Below, one piece after another: positions 13,303-26,680 of a stretch of DNA of 64,000 nt; the first letter of the stretch is position 1, and each line of letters opens with the position of its first letter. The notes under the pieces were generated by a model. That model was not told the DNA's origin, searched no databases, and saw only the letters and a program-made list of their open reading frames with translations. The DNA lies in the NCBI GenBank assembly GCA_963762795.1, contig CAVXMC010000001.1:251148-315147 (forward strand), read 5' to 3'. A program made the translations under genes and the position numbers. This DNA is from an uncultured Actinomycetota bacterium. GTDB lineage: Bacteria; Actinomycetota; Actinomycetes; Mycobacteriales; SCTD01.

Positions 13303-14190
13303 TCAGCCCTCGGCGGGGCGGAAGAGCTGGGCGCAGGCGCTCGAGCCGTACGCCGCCAGGCCCACCGCCGCCCTGGCCTGGGCGGCGCGACCGCCGCCGC
13401 GGCGCAGGTCCTGCAGGGGCGTGAGGACCGTGCGGGTCAGCAGCGCGGCGTCGCCCTTCGGCCGGGCGACGGCAGGCAGCTGCTGCGCGGCCGTGACGGC
13501 CTTGGTCGTGCGTCCGCAGACCCGGCCGGCGGCGAGCAGCCACGCGCCGCGTGACAGCGGGGCGCGACCGCCGACCGCCCCGGCGCGGTCGGGCGCCGGG
13601 ACGCTCGGGACCTGGGCACCGGCGTACAGCGCGGTGACGGCCCGCTGCCAGCCGCGCAGGGCGACCTCGAGGGCGCGCTCGCCGCGGACGTACTCCTGCA
13701 CGACCCCGTCGGCGCCGGGCTGCGCCCGGGTGGCGGCGACCAGCGAGACGGCGACCTGCTGGAGCTCCCCGAGCCGGGTGTCGAGCGCCCCGACGGCGAG
13801 CCTGAGCGCCGGCGGCGGGGCGGTCGCGCGGATCTCGCGGCGGCGGGCGGCCAGGGCGTTCTGCGCGCCGGCGGCGGCGAAGACGTCGTCACGGACGAGG
13901 GCGCTCTCCGGGCGCGGCCGGTCGAAGGCGTCGAAGGCGTCCTGCAGCGGCTGCACCTGGTCGAACACCGACTCGAGCGTCGGCCGCAGGGCGTCCCGGT
14001 AGGCCGCTGCGGCCACGGCGGGTGCGACCGTCGGCGACGGCGCAGCTGTTGGGCTCGGGGTGGCGCTGGGGCTGGTGACGGGTGACGCGGACGGCGACGG
14101 CGCGGCGACCGGGTCGTCGGAGCCGGTGCAGCCGGCGAGCAGCAGGCCGGCGACGAGCACGGCTGTGCCCTGGAGGCGAGAGGTGCGCAC
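13303..14190 (-). CDS. Hypothetical lipoprotein
   Basis: This is the last 295 aa of ORF 13303..14400, from VRTSRLQGTAVLVAGLLLAGCTGSDD (lipobox LAGC). A Pro/Ser/Thr/Ala-rich linker and an Ala/Arg-rich helical part follow. I recognise no family. Confidence 0.6.
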   Translation of the reverse strand: MRTSRLQGTAVLVAGLLLAGCTGSDDPVAAPSPSASPVTSPSATPSPTAAPSPTVAPAVAAAAYRDALRPTLESVFDQVQPLQDAFDAFDRPRPESALVRDDVFAAAGAQNALAARRREIRATAPPPALRLAVGALDTRLGELQQVAVSLVAATRAQPGADGVVQEYVRGERALEVALRGWQRAVTALYAGAQVPSVPAPDRAGAVGGRAPLSRGAWLLAAGRVCGRTTKAVTAAQQLPAVARPKGDAALLTRTVLTPLQDLRRGGGRAAQARAAVGLAAYGSSACAQLFRPAEG

Positions 14191-14192
14191 CG

Positions 14193-14603
14193 CTAGACCG
14201 CCAGGGAGGGCTTGAGCTGCATCAGCCGGGCGAGCAGGCCGTTGACGAAGCGCGGGCTCTCGTCGGTCGACAGGCTGGCGACGAGGTCGACCGCCTCGCT
14301 CACGGCGACCTCGTCGGGGACGTCGTCGCACCACAGCAGCTCGAAGGTCCCGACGCGCAGCACGGCGAGGTCGACGGGCGGCATCCGGTCGAGCGTCCAC
14401 TCCTCGGCGTAGGTCGTCAGCAGCTCGTCGATGCGCGCGCGGTGCGCGACGACGCCCTCGACGAGCTCGACGGCGTACTCGGGGATCGGCGGGTCGGCGT
14501 GCACCAGCCGGGCGCGCAGCGTGGCCATGACGTCGCCCTCGCGCTGCGCGGCCTCGTACAGGACGTCGACGGCACGCTTGCGGGCCTTGCTGCGAGCACC
14601 CAT
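14193..14603 (-). CDS. nusB: Transcription antitermination factor NusB
   Basis: ORF 14193..14603, 136 aa: ARSKARKRAVDVLYEA...DESPRFVNGLLARL. Confidence 0.9.
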   Translation of the reverse strand: MGARSKARKRAVDVLYEAAQREGDVMATLRARLVHADPPIPEYAVELVEGVVAHRARIDELLTTYAEEWTLDRMPPVDLAVLRVGTFELLWCDDVPDEVAVSEAVDLVASLSTDESPRFVNGLLARLMQLKPSLAV

Positions 14604-15167
14604 CTAGCTGGAGATGCGGCCCAGGTAGGAGCCGTCCCGCGTGTCGACCTTGATCTTCTCGCCGGACGTCAGGAACAGCGGCACCTGGATCTCGGCGCCG
14701 GTCTCCAGCGTCGCGGGCTTGGTGCCGCCGGTGCTGCGGTCGCCCTGCAGGCCCGGGTCGGTGTGCTGCACGAGGATCTCGACGCTGGCCGGCAGCTCGA
14801 CGTAGAGCGCCGCGCCCTCATGCACGGCGACGATGGCGTCGGTGTTCTCGAGCATGAAGTTGGCGGCCGTGCCGACCGTCGTCGCCGGGACGTACAGCTG
14901 GTCGAAGGTGTCCTTGTCCATGAAGACGAAGTCCTCGCCCTCGCGGTAGAGGTAGGTCATGTCGCGCTTGTCGACCTGCGCGACCTCCACCTTGGTGCCG
15001 GCGTTGAAGGTCTTGTCGACGACCTTGCCGCTGACGACGTTCTTGAGCTTGGTACGGACGAACGCGCCGCCCTTGCCGGGCTTGACGTGCTGGAACTCCA
15101 CGACGGACCACAGCCCGTTGTCCTGGCTGAGCACCATGCCGTTCTTGAGGTCGTTCGTCGTCGCCAC
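14604..15167 (-). CDS. efp: Elongation factor P
   Basis: ORF 14604..15215. Conserved sequence begins at [13 protein letters not shown]...[19 protein letters not shown] prefer the GTG at 15167 (187 aa). Confidence 0.92.
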   Translation of the reverse strand: MATTNDLKNGMVLSQDNGLWSVVEFQHVKPGKGGAFVRTKLKNVVSGKVVDKTFNAGTKVEVAQVDKRDMTYLYREGEDFVFMDKDTFDQLYVPATTVGTAANFMLENTDAIVAVHEGAALYVELPASVEILVQHTDPGLQGDRSTGGTKPATLETGAEIQVPLFLTSGEKIKVDTRDGSYLGRISS

Positions 15168-15215
15168 GCGGGAGCACCAGACTGTCGAGGTCGTTGTCGC
15201 TCCCAGGGTAGCCAA

Positions 15216-17997
<2,782 letters not shown>

Positions 17998-18043
17998 CCG
18001 CACAGTCTCCCACTGCGGGCCGCCGACGCTGCCGGCGGCGCGG

Positions 18044-18849
18044 TCAGCCGAGCGGGACCGCCACGCCGATGACGGCGTCGAACGGCTCGCCGGCACCGAC
18101 CTTGAGCACGGCGGTCCAGCGGTTGTCCTCGGGGTCCTGCTGCAGCGACAGCAGGCGGATGCCCGTCTCGCCGAGCTGCTCGCCGATCTTCGCGCTCACG
18201 GTCGTGCCGTCGAGGAGGAAGCTCGGCCGTGACGTCGGCGCCCTCGCCGACGACGCGCTGCAGGGTGACCTCCTGCGCGGTCGTGGTCGGCGAGCCGGAC
18301 GGCGCGGCCGACGGGGCTGGCGGCGCTGTCGGCAGGCTCGGTCCGGCTCGGGTCGACGGCGGGTCGGCGGCAGCCGGGTCCGAGGCTCGGCATGGTCGGG
18401 AACGGACTCGAGGACCGGGCACCTCGGGCTCGGCACGAGGGTCGGCTCGACGCGGGGCACCGGGACCAGCGGCGGCGACGTCGTGTCACCCGGCCCCGCG
18501 CCGGCGCCACCGTCGGCCGCCGCGGGCGCGCCGCGCTGCCGTCCCGGCGTCCGCGACGTGCAGCGACGCGGAACGGGTCGCGGGGCCGGCCGGCCGGGCG
18601 CGACGGCGGTCGGCGACGGCGACGGGCGGGCGAGGCGGCGCTGACCTGGTGGACACCGTCGGCGCGCTGCCGACGCGCCGTGGCGAGCTCGATCGGCTCG
18701 CGTCTCGCCGCCACCGAGCAGCAGCACGCCGCCGCCGCCGAGGGCCAGGGCCGCAAGGGCGGCGCCGGCCGCGAGCACGACGCGCCGGTCGCGCGCGGCG
18801 CGGACCGCCGGGTCCCGACGTCTCCCGGCGGAGGGTGTGGTGGAGGCAC
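18044..18849 (-). pseudogene. Pilus-locus protein: N-terminal TM helix, Pro-rich linker, C-terminal beta-rich domain (PilP-like position); frame-disrupted
   Basis: A GTG at 18849 follows AGGAG. The TM segment LAAGAALAALALGGGGVLLLGG and the C-terminus [58 protein letters not shown] lie in ORF 18044..18778. The segment EVTLQRVVGEGADVTA lies in ORF 17991..18422. There are at least 2 breaks. Assignment as PilP-like is by position only. Confidence 0.4.
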
Positions 18850-18858
18850 GGTCCGCTC

Positions 18859-19602
18859 CTAGTTGTCGGGGACGATCGGGGTGGCCGTGGCCGGCTGCCG
18901 GCGGGGGCCGGCGGCAGCGGTGCCGGCGGCCGGGCGCTGGCGGCGGGGTGCCGGCGGCAGGCGGCCGGCGGTCGTGGCGACCCCGGCGGCCGGAGTCGCC
19001 GCACCCGCGACGTACACCTCGGCGGTGATGCTGGCGATCAGGTCGCGGCCGTCCTGGAGCGAGCCGGCGGCGGACGGCGCCACAGGGTTCGGCGCCGGGC
19101 GCCAGCTGCAGCGCGGTGACCCGGGTGGCCCGGGTCGTGCCCTCCAGGCCGGCGAGGAACTGCTGCAGCGGGAAGAAGCCGCCCGCGCGCGTTGAGCGTC
19201 AGGGTGACCGCGGACAGCGGCAGGCCGGTCGTGCTGCCGGCGTCGGTCGCGGCGACCGGGGTCGGCGCAGCTGCGGCGAGACCTCGACGCAGCTCGACGC
19301 CGTTGGCGGCGGCGCGTCGCGTCCAGCGAGCGCAGCAGGTCGGGCAGCTCGGCGCGCGAGCGGGATCTGCTGGCCGATCGCGTCGAGCTTGCCTGCTGCG
19401 CGGGCAGCTCACGGGCCTGCGCGGCCAGCACCTGCAGCTTGGTGCGCAGGCTGGCGTTGGTCGACTCCTGCAGCGACCTTGGCCGACCCGGAGCTCCTCG
19501 GCGTCGGCGCGCTGCGGGAGCGACGAGCAGGAACCAGCCCGCGGCGAGGACGGCGAGGCAGGCGACGACCGACAGCGCGATCCACTGCTTGAGGGCGTCC
19601 AT
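18859..19602 (-). pseudogene. pilO: Type IV pilus assembly protein PilO-like; several frame breaks
   Basis: An ATG at 19602 gives MDALKQWIALSVVACLAVLAAGWFLLVAP (TM). Coiled-coil pieces follow (LQESTNASLRTKLQVLAAQARELPAQQA, ELPDLLRSLDA), and the C-terminus is LQDGRDLIASITAEVYVAG, all in ORF 18859..19773. Other conserved pieces (ANGVEL..., LSAVTLTLNARG) lie in the frame of ORF 19038..21356. Confidence 0.6.
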
Positions 19603-19603
19603 G

Positions 19604-20336
19604 TCAGCCTCCGGCCGGGACGTAGCGGCGGGAGAGCGCGTCGGCCGTGAGCGTCGGCCGTGCCCTGGAAGGTGACGATCCGGCGGGTGCCGGACAGCGA
19701 CTCGCGTGGACTTGGTGAACGTCGGGGCGGCGTAGGTCCTGGTGCCGGCGAGCGCGTCCAGCCAGGCAGCCACGCCGTCGTGGTCGAAGCCGACGCCGGT
19801 GAAGGTGACGGTGCCGACGGCGCTCGCCGCGGTGGCCGTCGTCGCCAGCGGCGCCCGGCCGCGGCGGCCGCGCTGGCTGAGCGGCGAGGTCCTGGAGCCA
19901 GACGCCCTCGGGGAGCGTGGTGCTCAGGTCGCCGAGCAGGCGGGAGAAGCGGACCTCCTTGCCCATGGCGGTGGCGAGCAGCGCCGTCGGCCGCGTCCGC
20001 CTGCTGGCGCACGGCGGTCACCTCGCGGTACTTGCCGGCCTCGGCCTGCAGCTGCTGGCCGGTGGCCGCGGAGCGCGTCCAGGTCGGCCTGGGCGTCGGC
20101 GACCGGAGCCGGTGGCACCGAGGTAGAGCAGGCCGACGAGGCCGACGCAGGCGACCACGGCACCGCCGAGCCCGAGCTTGACGTCGCGGACGCGCCGCAG
20201 CGGCCAGGAGCTCCGGCGGGAGCAGGTTGACGCGGGGCAGGCACGGCAGGGCAGCAGGACCGGGTCGGCGGACGCCTCGAAGGGCGAGGCCGCGTCGTCC
20301 TCGACGACCGGGCGCTTGCGCAGGGTGAGTCGTCAC
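19604..20336 (-). pseudogene. pilN: Type IV pilus assembly protein PilN-like; several frame breaks
   Basis: The GTG at 20336 overlaps the pilM TGA. Pieces lie in three frames: PRVNLLPPELL, RRVRDVKLGLGGAVVACVGLVGLLYLG (TM), VADAQADLDALR, QQLQAEAGKYREVTAVRQQ, and MGKEVRFSRLLGDLSTTLPEGVWLQDL (ORF 19604..19966). Confidence 0.6.
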
Positions 20337-21399
20337 GACGCCCTCCCGAGGGCCAGGCCGAGCGGGACGGCGAGGCCGGCCTCGACCTCGCCGAGCTGCT
20401 CGGCGCGTGAGGCCGGTGCGGCCCAGGCGCAGCGAGGACAGCGGGTGGGCCGCCTGCACGGGCAGGCGGGTCGCCGCAGCGAGCCGGTCGGCCAGGCCGG
20501 CCAGGCGGGAGCCGCCGCCGGACAGGACGACGCGGCCGATGCGGACGGCGCCGGGCTGGGCCATGTAGTAGTCGAGCGAGCCGCGGACCTCCTCGACGAG
20601 GGCGCCGCCGGAGGTCTGGATGGCGCGCACCGCGGGGTCCTCCTCGATGGTGTCCGGCGGCGCCGAGGCCGAGCGCCCGCTTGTAGGCCTCGGCGCTGTC
20701 TCGGTCGGCACGCCGAGGCGGTCGGACAGCGAGTCGGTGATGTCGCCGCCGCCCATCAGCAGGATGCGGACGAAGCGCGGGACGCGGCCCTGGTGCACCA
20801 CGATGTTGGTGATGCTCGCGCCGATGTCGACGAGCGCCTCGGCCTCGGGGCGACCGAACTCCTCGCCGTCGGTGACCAGGCTGCGCAGCACGGCGAAGCT
20901 GGTGAGGTCGACGGCGGCGGCGCGCAGGCCGGCCAGCTCGACCGCTTCAGCGCGTTGCCGATCATGTCCCGGGAGGCCGCGACGAGCAGCACGCGCAGCA
21001 TGCGGGCGCCGTTGTCGCCGGCGAACTCCTCGAGCGGGTGGTAGTCGAGGATCGCCTGGTCGACCGGCATCGGGATGAAGTCCTGGACCTGGAAGGCCAG
21101 CGACGCGCGGAACTCGCCGTCCGGGCAGCCAGGGCAGCTCCACCTGACGGACGACGACGCGCTGGTTGGCGACGCCGACGACGGTCTTCTTCGTCCGGAA
21201 GCCGGCCTGCGCCCACAGCTCGCGCAGCGCCTCAGCGACGACCTCGGGCTCGATGACCTCGCCGTCGCGGACCGCGCCGAGCAGGGAGCGCCACCTGGCC
21301 GAACCGGTCGAGCGTGGTCCCGCCCTTGCCGAGCGTGAGCTCGGCGGCACGGACACCGGACGTGCCGATGTCCAGGCCCACCACTGGTCTTCCAGCCAC
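20333..21399 (-). pseudogene. pilM: Type IV pilus assembly ATPase-like protein PilM; about six frame breaks
   Basis: A GTG at 21399 follows GAGGGGA. Pieces: VVGLDIGTSGVRAAELTLGKGGTTLDRFGQVALP (ORF 21232..21435); GAVRDGEVIEPEVVAEALRELWAQAGF...VVRQVELPWLP and AVDLTSFAVLRSL...LVDIGASITNIVVHQGRVPRFVRILLMGGGDITDSL...LDYYMAQPG...VVLSGGGSRLAGL (ORF 19038..21356); DGEFRASLAFQVQDFIPMPVDQAILDY (ORF 20756..21445). Confidence 0.8.
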
Positions 21400-21490
21400 T
21401 GCAGGTTCCCCTCGTGCCGAGGTCCTCGTTGTCAAGAGGAGGCATCGGACGGGATCGGCGAACCCTTGAGCGCGGACTGCGCCGTTCGGC

Positions 21491-22281
21491 TCAGCGCACG
21501 GTCAGGTCGAGGTAGCCCTCGGCCAGCGGCGTGCCCGACCAGCACGGCCACCAGCGCCGCCGCGAGCATGAACGGCCCGAACGGCAGGGCCGTCTTGCGC
21601 CCGCCCCTGCCGCGTGGCGACGACCGCGATGCCGGCGACGCCGCCGAGCAGGAACGCGAGGAACAGCCCGACGGCGCAGGCGCCCCAGCCCACCCAGCCG
21701 GTCGCCATGCCGAGCACGCCGGCCAGCTTCACGTCGCCGAAGCCCATGCCGGCCGGGTGGGCCAGGCACAGCGCGACGTAGACGGCGAACATGGCGACGC
21801 CGCCCAGCAGCGGCGCGCAGCAGGGATCCCGCTGTCGCTGCCGGCCAGCGCGGCGACCCCGAGCAGCACGGCGACGACCGGGTAGCTGGCAGGGTCAGCG
21901 CGTCGGGCAGCCGCTTGACGTCGAGGTCGATCAGGGCCAGCGCGAGCCCGACCGCCGCCGAGGTAGAGGTAGGCGGGCAGCGCCGGGTCGGCGCCGAAGC
22001 GCAGGGCCAGGACCGCGAACAGCACGGCCGTGCCGCAGCTCGACCAGCGGGTAGCGCGCGCTGATCGGCGCCGCGCAGTCCCGGCAGCGGCCCCGCAGCA
22101 GCAGCCAGCTGAGCGACCGGGACGTTGTCGCGGGGTCGGACCGGCGCGGCGCAGCGCCGGGCAGGCCGACGGCGGGCGGACCACCGACTCTCCGCGCGGC
22201 ACCCGCCACACGACGACGTTGAGGAACGAGCCGATCAGCAGGCCCAGCAGCCGCGCAGGCCACCGCCAGGGCTGGGCCCAC
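21491..22281 (-). pseudogene. pilD: Prepilin peptidase (A24 family) PilD; six or more frame breaks
   Basis: A GTG at 22281 follows AGGAGA. Pieces: [84 protein letters not shown] (the GxGDxK aspartyl box, ORF 21502..21792), and ALPFGPFMLAAALVAVLVG...TVR-stop (ORF 21491..21769). Confidence 0.8.
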
Positions 22282-22312
22282 GCTGCTCTCCTCGTCTCGG
22301 TCGGTCGTCCGG

Positions 22313-24113
22313 TCAGTCGCTGACCTGGACGACCTTCCAGGGCGACTGCCGCGGCTGCAGGAAGTACGGCGGCGGGATGCGCTGCAGCCGCTTGTCGTAC
22401 TGGTAGTTCTTCTGGTAGCCGGTCACGCTGTTGCCGGACGAGTCCGCCGTCCCGGTCGGCCCACGGTACTTCTGCGAGATGCTGCCCGTGACGTTGAGCT
22501 TCTGGCCGCTGTAGGCGACCGGCGCGCCGTAGTCCGAGCTCTGCACCAGGAAGCTGTGCCGGACCGAGAGGATCGCGGCGGCGACGTTGTGGACCTCGTT
22601 GACCCCCGTCAGCAGGTTGACGCCGGACGCGTTGACCGGGTGGTAGACCCACACGTAGTTGTTCGCGACCAGGCCCAGGACGTCGGTGCTCTTGGTGAGG
22701 TCGGGGTTGGCGTACTTCACGTCACCGGTGATGACGATGTCGTTGTCCGTAGCCAGCGTGGTGCGTCCGCTCACGGTGCCGGAGATGTACGCGTCACCGT
22801 CCGCGCAACGGTGGCTGGGCGTCGCCCCGAGCGTCGACTCGTTGGCGATCGGGTAGCCCAGGTTGCCGTTGGTGCAGGCGTTCGCCGTGCTCGACACGTA
22901 GACGATCGGCGGGATGGGCGTGATGGTCTGCGTGCTGGCCCGGAGCGCGGCGTTGAAGCAGCCCGCCTTCGACGTGGTCGTGCTGGGGCTCAGCACCTTC
23001 ATCGACGTCGACGTGTAGGTGATCTTCGTGCCGCCGGTGTAGACGCACCCGTAGGCGTTGGCGGACGCGAGCATCGCGCTGTTGGAGTCCGGCAGGTCGA
23101 CGGTGGGCCAGGCGACGGGGAGCTCGCTCGAGGGGTCCGGCGTACCGCCGCCCCACCAGCGGCCGGTGGCCGGCGGGGCCGGCGTCGTCCCGTCCTGCCA
23201 GCTGGTCTCGGTCTGGTCCTTGAAGTTCACCGCACCGATGATCTTCAGCGCGTCGTTGGTGTGCAGGACGCCGTTCACCTCGTCACCGGTCGTCCACCGA
23301 GGTCGCGGCAGCCGCTGCTCGACTTCCCCAGGAGGTCCACGGTCGCGGCGGTGGTCACCTTCGTCGGGCTGCTGCTGCCGTCCGTCGGGCGTACCAGTAG
23401 GGCAGCGTCGTCGAGGACGTGTAGGTGGGGGCTGTTGCGGCCGGTGTACCAGTACTTGGAGCACATGGCCGTCAGCGCGGCAGGGTCCACGTAGTAGCGG
23501 CAGGTCTTGGCGTTGCCGTTGCCGGGCCCGCCGCACGAGAACGAGGAGCTGCCGTTCACCGTCGCCAGCAGGTGGTCGCCGTCGTACAGCGCCGGGTCGA
23601 TCGCCTCGACGTCGGTGTAGTAGACGTACTTCAGGAAGCCGACCGGGGTCAGGGTCACCGTGAGGGTGCGCGCGGTCGAGCGGCTGCGGCCGGTCACCTC
23701 GAGCTCGAGCAGCCCGGTGCTCGCGACTGCCGAGACGTTCGACAGCACCCGGTAGGTGAAGCGGCCCTTGTCCCGCCGGTGCCGGCGACCGGCAGCCCCG
23801 CCGCGGTGAAGGCGGCGTTGGTCGCGTCGGTGGCCTGCCAGTAGTTGCCGTTGACGTTGAGCCGGGTCAGGTAGTCGTCGACCCCGGCCTGGGCCGAGGC
23901 GAAGGCCGCCTTCGCGTCCTTGTCGTCCGAGCCCGAGACCGACGAGGGGCTGTTCTGCATGGCGTAGCTCATCGTCGCCATGAGGAACATGGTCAGCACC
24001 GCCATGCTGCCGAGCACGGGGACGAGGGCGAAGCCGCCGTCGCCGCGCAGGCGCGCCCGCAGCGCGAGCAGGAGGGTCCTGGTCGGTCGGCGCATCGCAG
24101 GCTCCGGGATCAC
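22313..24113 (-). pseudogene. Large PilX-N-type minor pilin / pilus tip-associated protein; two or more frame breaks
   Basis: The N-terminus (VIPEPA)MRRPTRTLLLALRARLRGDGGFALVPVLGSMAVLTMFLMATMSYA is a pilin-like hydrophobic start, in ORF 23694..25358. The middle (GRFTYRVLSNVSAVASTGLLELEVTGRS...) is in ORF 23275..24423. The C-terminal 400 aa, ending [32 protein letters not shown], is in ORF 22313..23536. Breaks are at ~23780 and ~23290. Confidence 0.65.
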
Positions 24114-24824
24114 GTGGTGGGCAGGAGGTCTGGTGAGCGTCACGGACGTGGTGGCGGCGACGGGACGCGGCGTGCCGGTCCCCGCGGACAGCCGGACGTC
24201 CAGCTGCACGCTCGAGATGTTGTCGAGCAGGGTGGTGGCCACGCCGGACGTCGCGTCGGCCGTCGCCGGGAGCAGGACCGCGGCGGGCCGCGCGACGCCG
24301 GTGGCCAGGGGGGCGTTGGCCGCCGCGGTGTCGTAGTAGGTGAACAGCGCTCCGCCGGAGCCGCCCGTGACGGTGCCGGCGCTGAGGCAGGAGCTCTTCA
24401 CCACGGTCCCGGCGACGCTCCACGACAGCGTGCCGTCGGCCTGGACGACCGGCGTCGTGCGGGTCTCGCGCAGCCCCGGGCAGCCGGCGGTCGCGAGGGC
24501 GTACTTCACCAGGGTCGGCTTGGCCGTCGTCGTGGCACCGGGCGGGGTGATGCTGGCGAAGAACTGGACCTCGGTCGGCTTGGCCACGACGAACGCGCTG
24601 ACGTCCACGTCGGGCCGTACGGCCACGCGCAGCCGGCGGACCATCACGTCCATCGCCTGGCGCAGCTCGCTGGTGCTGGTCACCCGGGTGCTGGCCTGCG
24701 ACGAGGTGCGCAGCGTCTGGCCGGTGACGGTCGCGACGCCGATGAGGACGACGCTGGACACGATCATCGCGACCATGAGCTCGGGCAGGCTGCTGCCGCG
24801 GTCGCCGCTCAGGCGCCGGCTCAC
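24110..24824 (-). CDS. Minor pilin (prepilin-type N-terminal cleavage/methylation domain, PilW-like)
   Basis: The GTG at 24824 (GTGA overlap with the upstream gene) gives VSRRLSGDRGSSLPELMVAMIVSSVVLIGVATV, with a G/S cleavage context and Glu at +5. There is no in-frame stop before the next gene. The TGA at 24110-24112 is in the +1 frame, so the 3' end is uncertain. Confidence 0.6.
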
Positions 24825-26082
24825 GGCGCGCTCACCGTCTGCGGAGCGGCCGCGGCGCCGTAGGCGTCCAGGGCCACGGTCGGCCAGCCGCCGACCGGCG
24901 GGGCGCTGCCGTCTGCGGTCAGCGACAGGCGCCAGGTCCCGGAGGGCAGCGACGTCCGGACGACGCCGGACGCGTCGGAGGTGACGCTGTAGGACTCCGA
25001 GCAGGCCGTGCCGGTCACGGCGATGAGGTAGAGCGCACGGTTCGGGAGCACGACCCCGGTGTTGGACTTGAGCGTCGCCGTCACCGGCGCGAGCTTCACC
25101 GTCAGGTCGACCGGCTGCCCTCCGGTGACCGTGGCGGTCGTCGGGGCAGCGGGAGCCGTCGCGCAGCGTCCGCCCCAGACGGCGTAGTTGCCCGGGAAGA
25201 GCCGGCCGGCCGTCCGCGGCGAGCCGCTCAGGCAGCCCTTCGGCGCCGTGCCGACGGCGCTGCAGTCCGGGAAGGGCAGGAAGCCCTCGGACCAGCCGGT
25301 GAAGCGCAGGGTGGCGCCCATCGTGGCGGCCGGGGCGAAGCCGACGGGCACGTCCCACGTGATGCGGGCGCTGCCGGCCCGGTCGTAGCTGACGGTCGGC
25401 GCCCGGGTGACCTGACCCGCGGTGACCGCCATGGACGGCACCGCGACGCTCTGGTCGCCGCGCAGGCCGGTGTAGCCGGTCGAGTTGACGGTCGCGGTGT
25501 AGCTGCCGGGGGTGAGCTCGGGAAGAGCGCGCAGCCGTCGCTGCCGGTCGAGCGCGTCGTCCCGTTCGACAGCGTGACGCCGGCGCCGGCGAGCGGCTGG
25601 CCGGTGCTGTCCAGCAGCCCGACCGTGGCCACGCCCTTGGTCGTGCTCAGGCCGTTGCTTCCGAGCCCGAGCGCCTTGAGCGTGTCCGTGCGGACCGTCT
25701 TGGTCCGGCTGCCGGCCTGCCAGCTGACGCTGGCGGTGATCAGCTTGTAGACGATGTTGCCGCCCGACCCGGCGCACAGGCTGGTCGGCGCGTCGGACGA
25801 GACGTAGTTCGCGGTCCGCAGGACGGTGTACGTCGTGCTGCCGACGGTGACCGTCGGCGGCACCGCGCTGTCGGCGCCGTCCGGGATGTCGAGAGCGCGC
25901 ATGCCGCGGACGTCCTCGATCAGCTTGTTGGCCAGGTTGGCCGCCTCAACACGCTGCTGGTTGCCCTTGGTCACGCCGAGGACGTTGACCAGCAGGGTCG
26001 CCGTGGACACCGCCACGACGGCGAGCACGAAGACCGCCACCACGGCCTCCACCAGGCTGAAGCCCTCGTCGTGGTCGGACAC
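24821..26082 (-). CDS. Minor pilin with carboxypeptidase-regulatory-like beta domains (PilV-like); one frame break
   Basis: The GTG at 26082 gives (V)SDHDEGFSLVEAVVAVFVLAVVAV, with G|F cleavage and Glu at +5 (ORF 25228..26082). After ...STGSDGCALFP it continues as ELTPGSYTATVNSTGYTGL... to the stop in ORF 24821..25777. The break is at ~25528. Confidence 0.7.
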
Positions 26083-26096
26083 CTGGTGCTCCCCTC

Positions 26097-26185
26097 GGGT
26101 CGGTGCGTGGCTGGCGGGTCGGTGCGTGGCTGGCGGGTCGGTCGTGCGTGCGGGTCGGTCGTCCCGGTGGGTCGGCCTGGCCGGT
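26097..26185. repeat. Five contiguous direct repeats (19,19,17,17,17 nt) with GGGTCGG core
   Basis: gggtcggtgcgtggctggc occurs twice (26097-26134). It is followed by gggtcggtcgtgcgtgc, gggtcggtcgtcccggt and gggtcggcctggccggt. The array lies between the pilA terminator hairpin and the start of the minor-pilin genes. Confidence 0.9.
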
Positions 26186-26193
26186 GACGCAGC

Positions 26194-26227
26194 ACGGGGG
26201 TGACCGGGTGGACCCGGTCACCCCCGT
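26194..26227 (-). terminator. Perfect 16-bp-stem hairpin 22 nt downstream of the pilA stop
   Basis: acgggggtgaccgggt (26194-26209), loop gg, acccggtcacccccgt (26212-26227); the arms are exact reverse complements. There is no U tract, as is common in high-GC actinobacteria. Confidence 0.65.
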
Positions 26228-26248
26228 GGGCAGTGCGTGCAGGCGGTG

Positions 26249-26680
26249 CTACGGGCAGGCGCCCGTGCCGAGGCCGGCCTGGTTGTACTTGTAGATCGCG
26301 GCGCTGGTGCCGTTCTTGATCGACACGCAGAAGACGTCCGCGCTGGTGATCGTGCCGCCGGTCACCACGTTGCCGCTGGAGAGCGCGCCGCTGGCGACCG
26401 TGGTGGCGCCGGACAGGAGGGCCCAGGTGCCGGTGGCGGTGGCCGAGCCGCCGCTGGCGGTCAGGGTGCCGGAGTTGTCGACGTAGTAGGAGACGATCTC
26501 CTTGCCGATGGTCGCCACGTCGGCCTTGGCCGAGGCGTCCCGCGCCTTCTGCTTCTGGTTGAGGAACGTCGGGATGGCGATCGCGGCAAGGATGCCGATG
26601 ATGATGATGACGACGAGGAGCTCGATCAGGGTGAAGCCCTCGTCCTTCTCCTCGGTGGACTTGCGGATGCGGGCGAGCAC
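26249..26680 (-). CDS. pilA: Type IVa major pilin (prepilin)
   Basis: The GTG at 26680 follows AAGGGGA and gives (V)LARIRKSTEEKDEG|FTLIELLVVIIIIGILAAIAIPTFLNQ, with Glu at +5. The C-terminal Cys pair (VFCVSIK...TGACP) is typical of the D-region. The gene is 143 aa and uninterrupted. Confidence 0.92.
   Translation of the reverse strand: MLARIRKSTEEKDEGFTLIELLVVIIIIGILAAIAIPTFLNQKQKARDASAKADVATIGKEIVSYYVDNSGTLTASGGSATATGTWALLSGATTVASGALSSGNVVTGGTITSADVFCVSIKNGTSAAIYKYNQAGLGTGACP

Noticed and set aside
15168-15215. An expected aroQ/aroD (dehydroquinase) gene between efp and aroB, as in some actinobacterial aro clusters.
   Set aside because: There is only a 48-nt gap, so no such gene is in this window.
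21430-21435. TTGACA (minus strand) upstream of pilM as a promoter -35.
   Set aside because: There is no TAnnnT -10 at 16-19 nt spacing. pilM is more simply co-transcribed with pilD.
26097-26185. Tandem repeats considered as a CRISPR array.
   Set aside because: The units are contiguous with no spacers and are only 17-19 nt long. No cas genes occur anywhere in the window.
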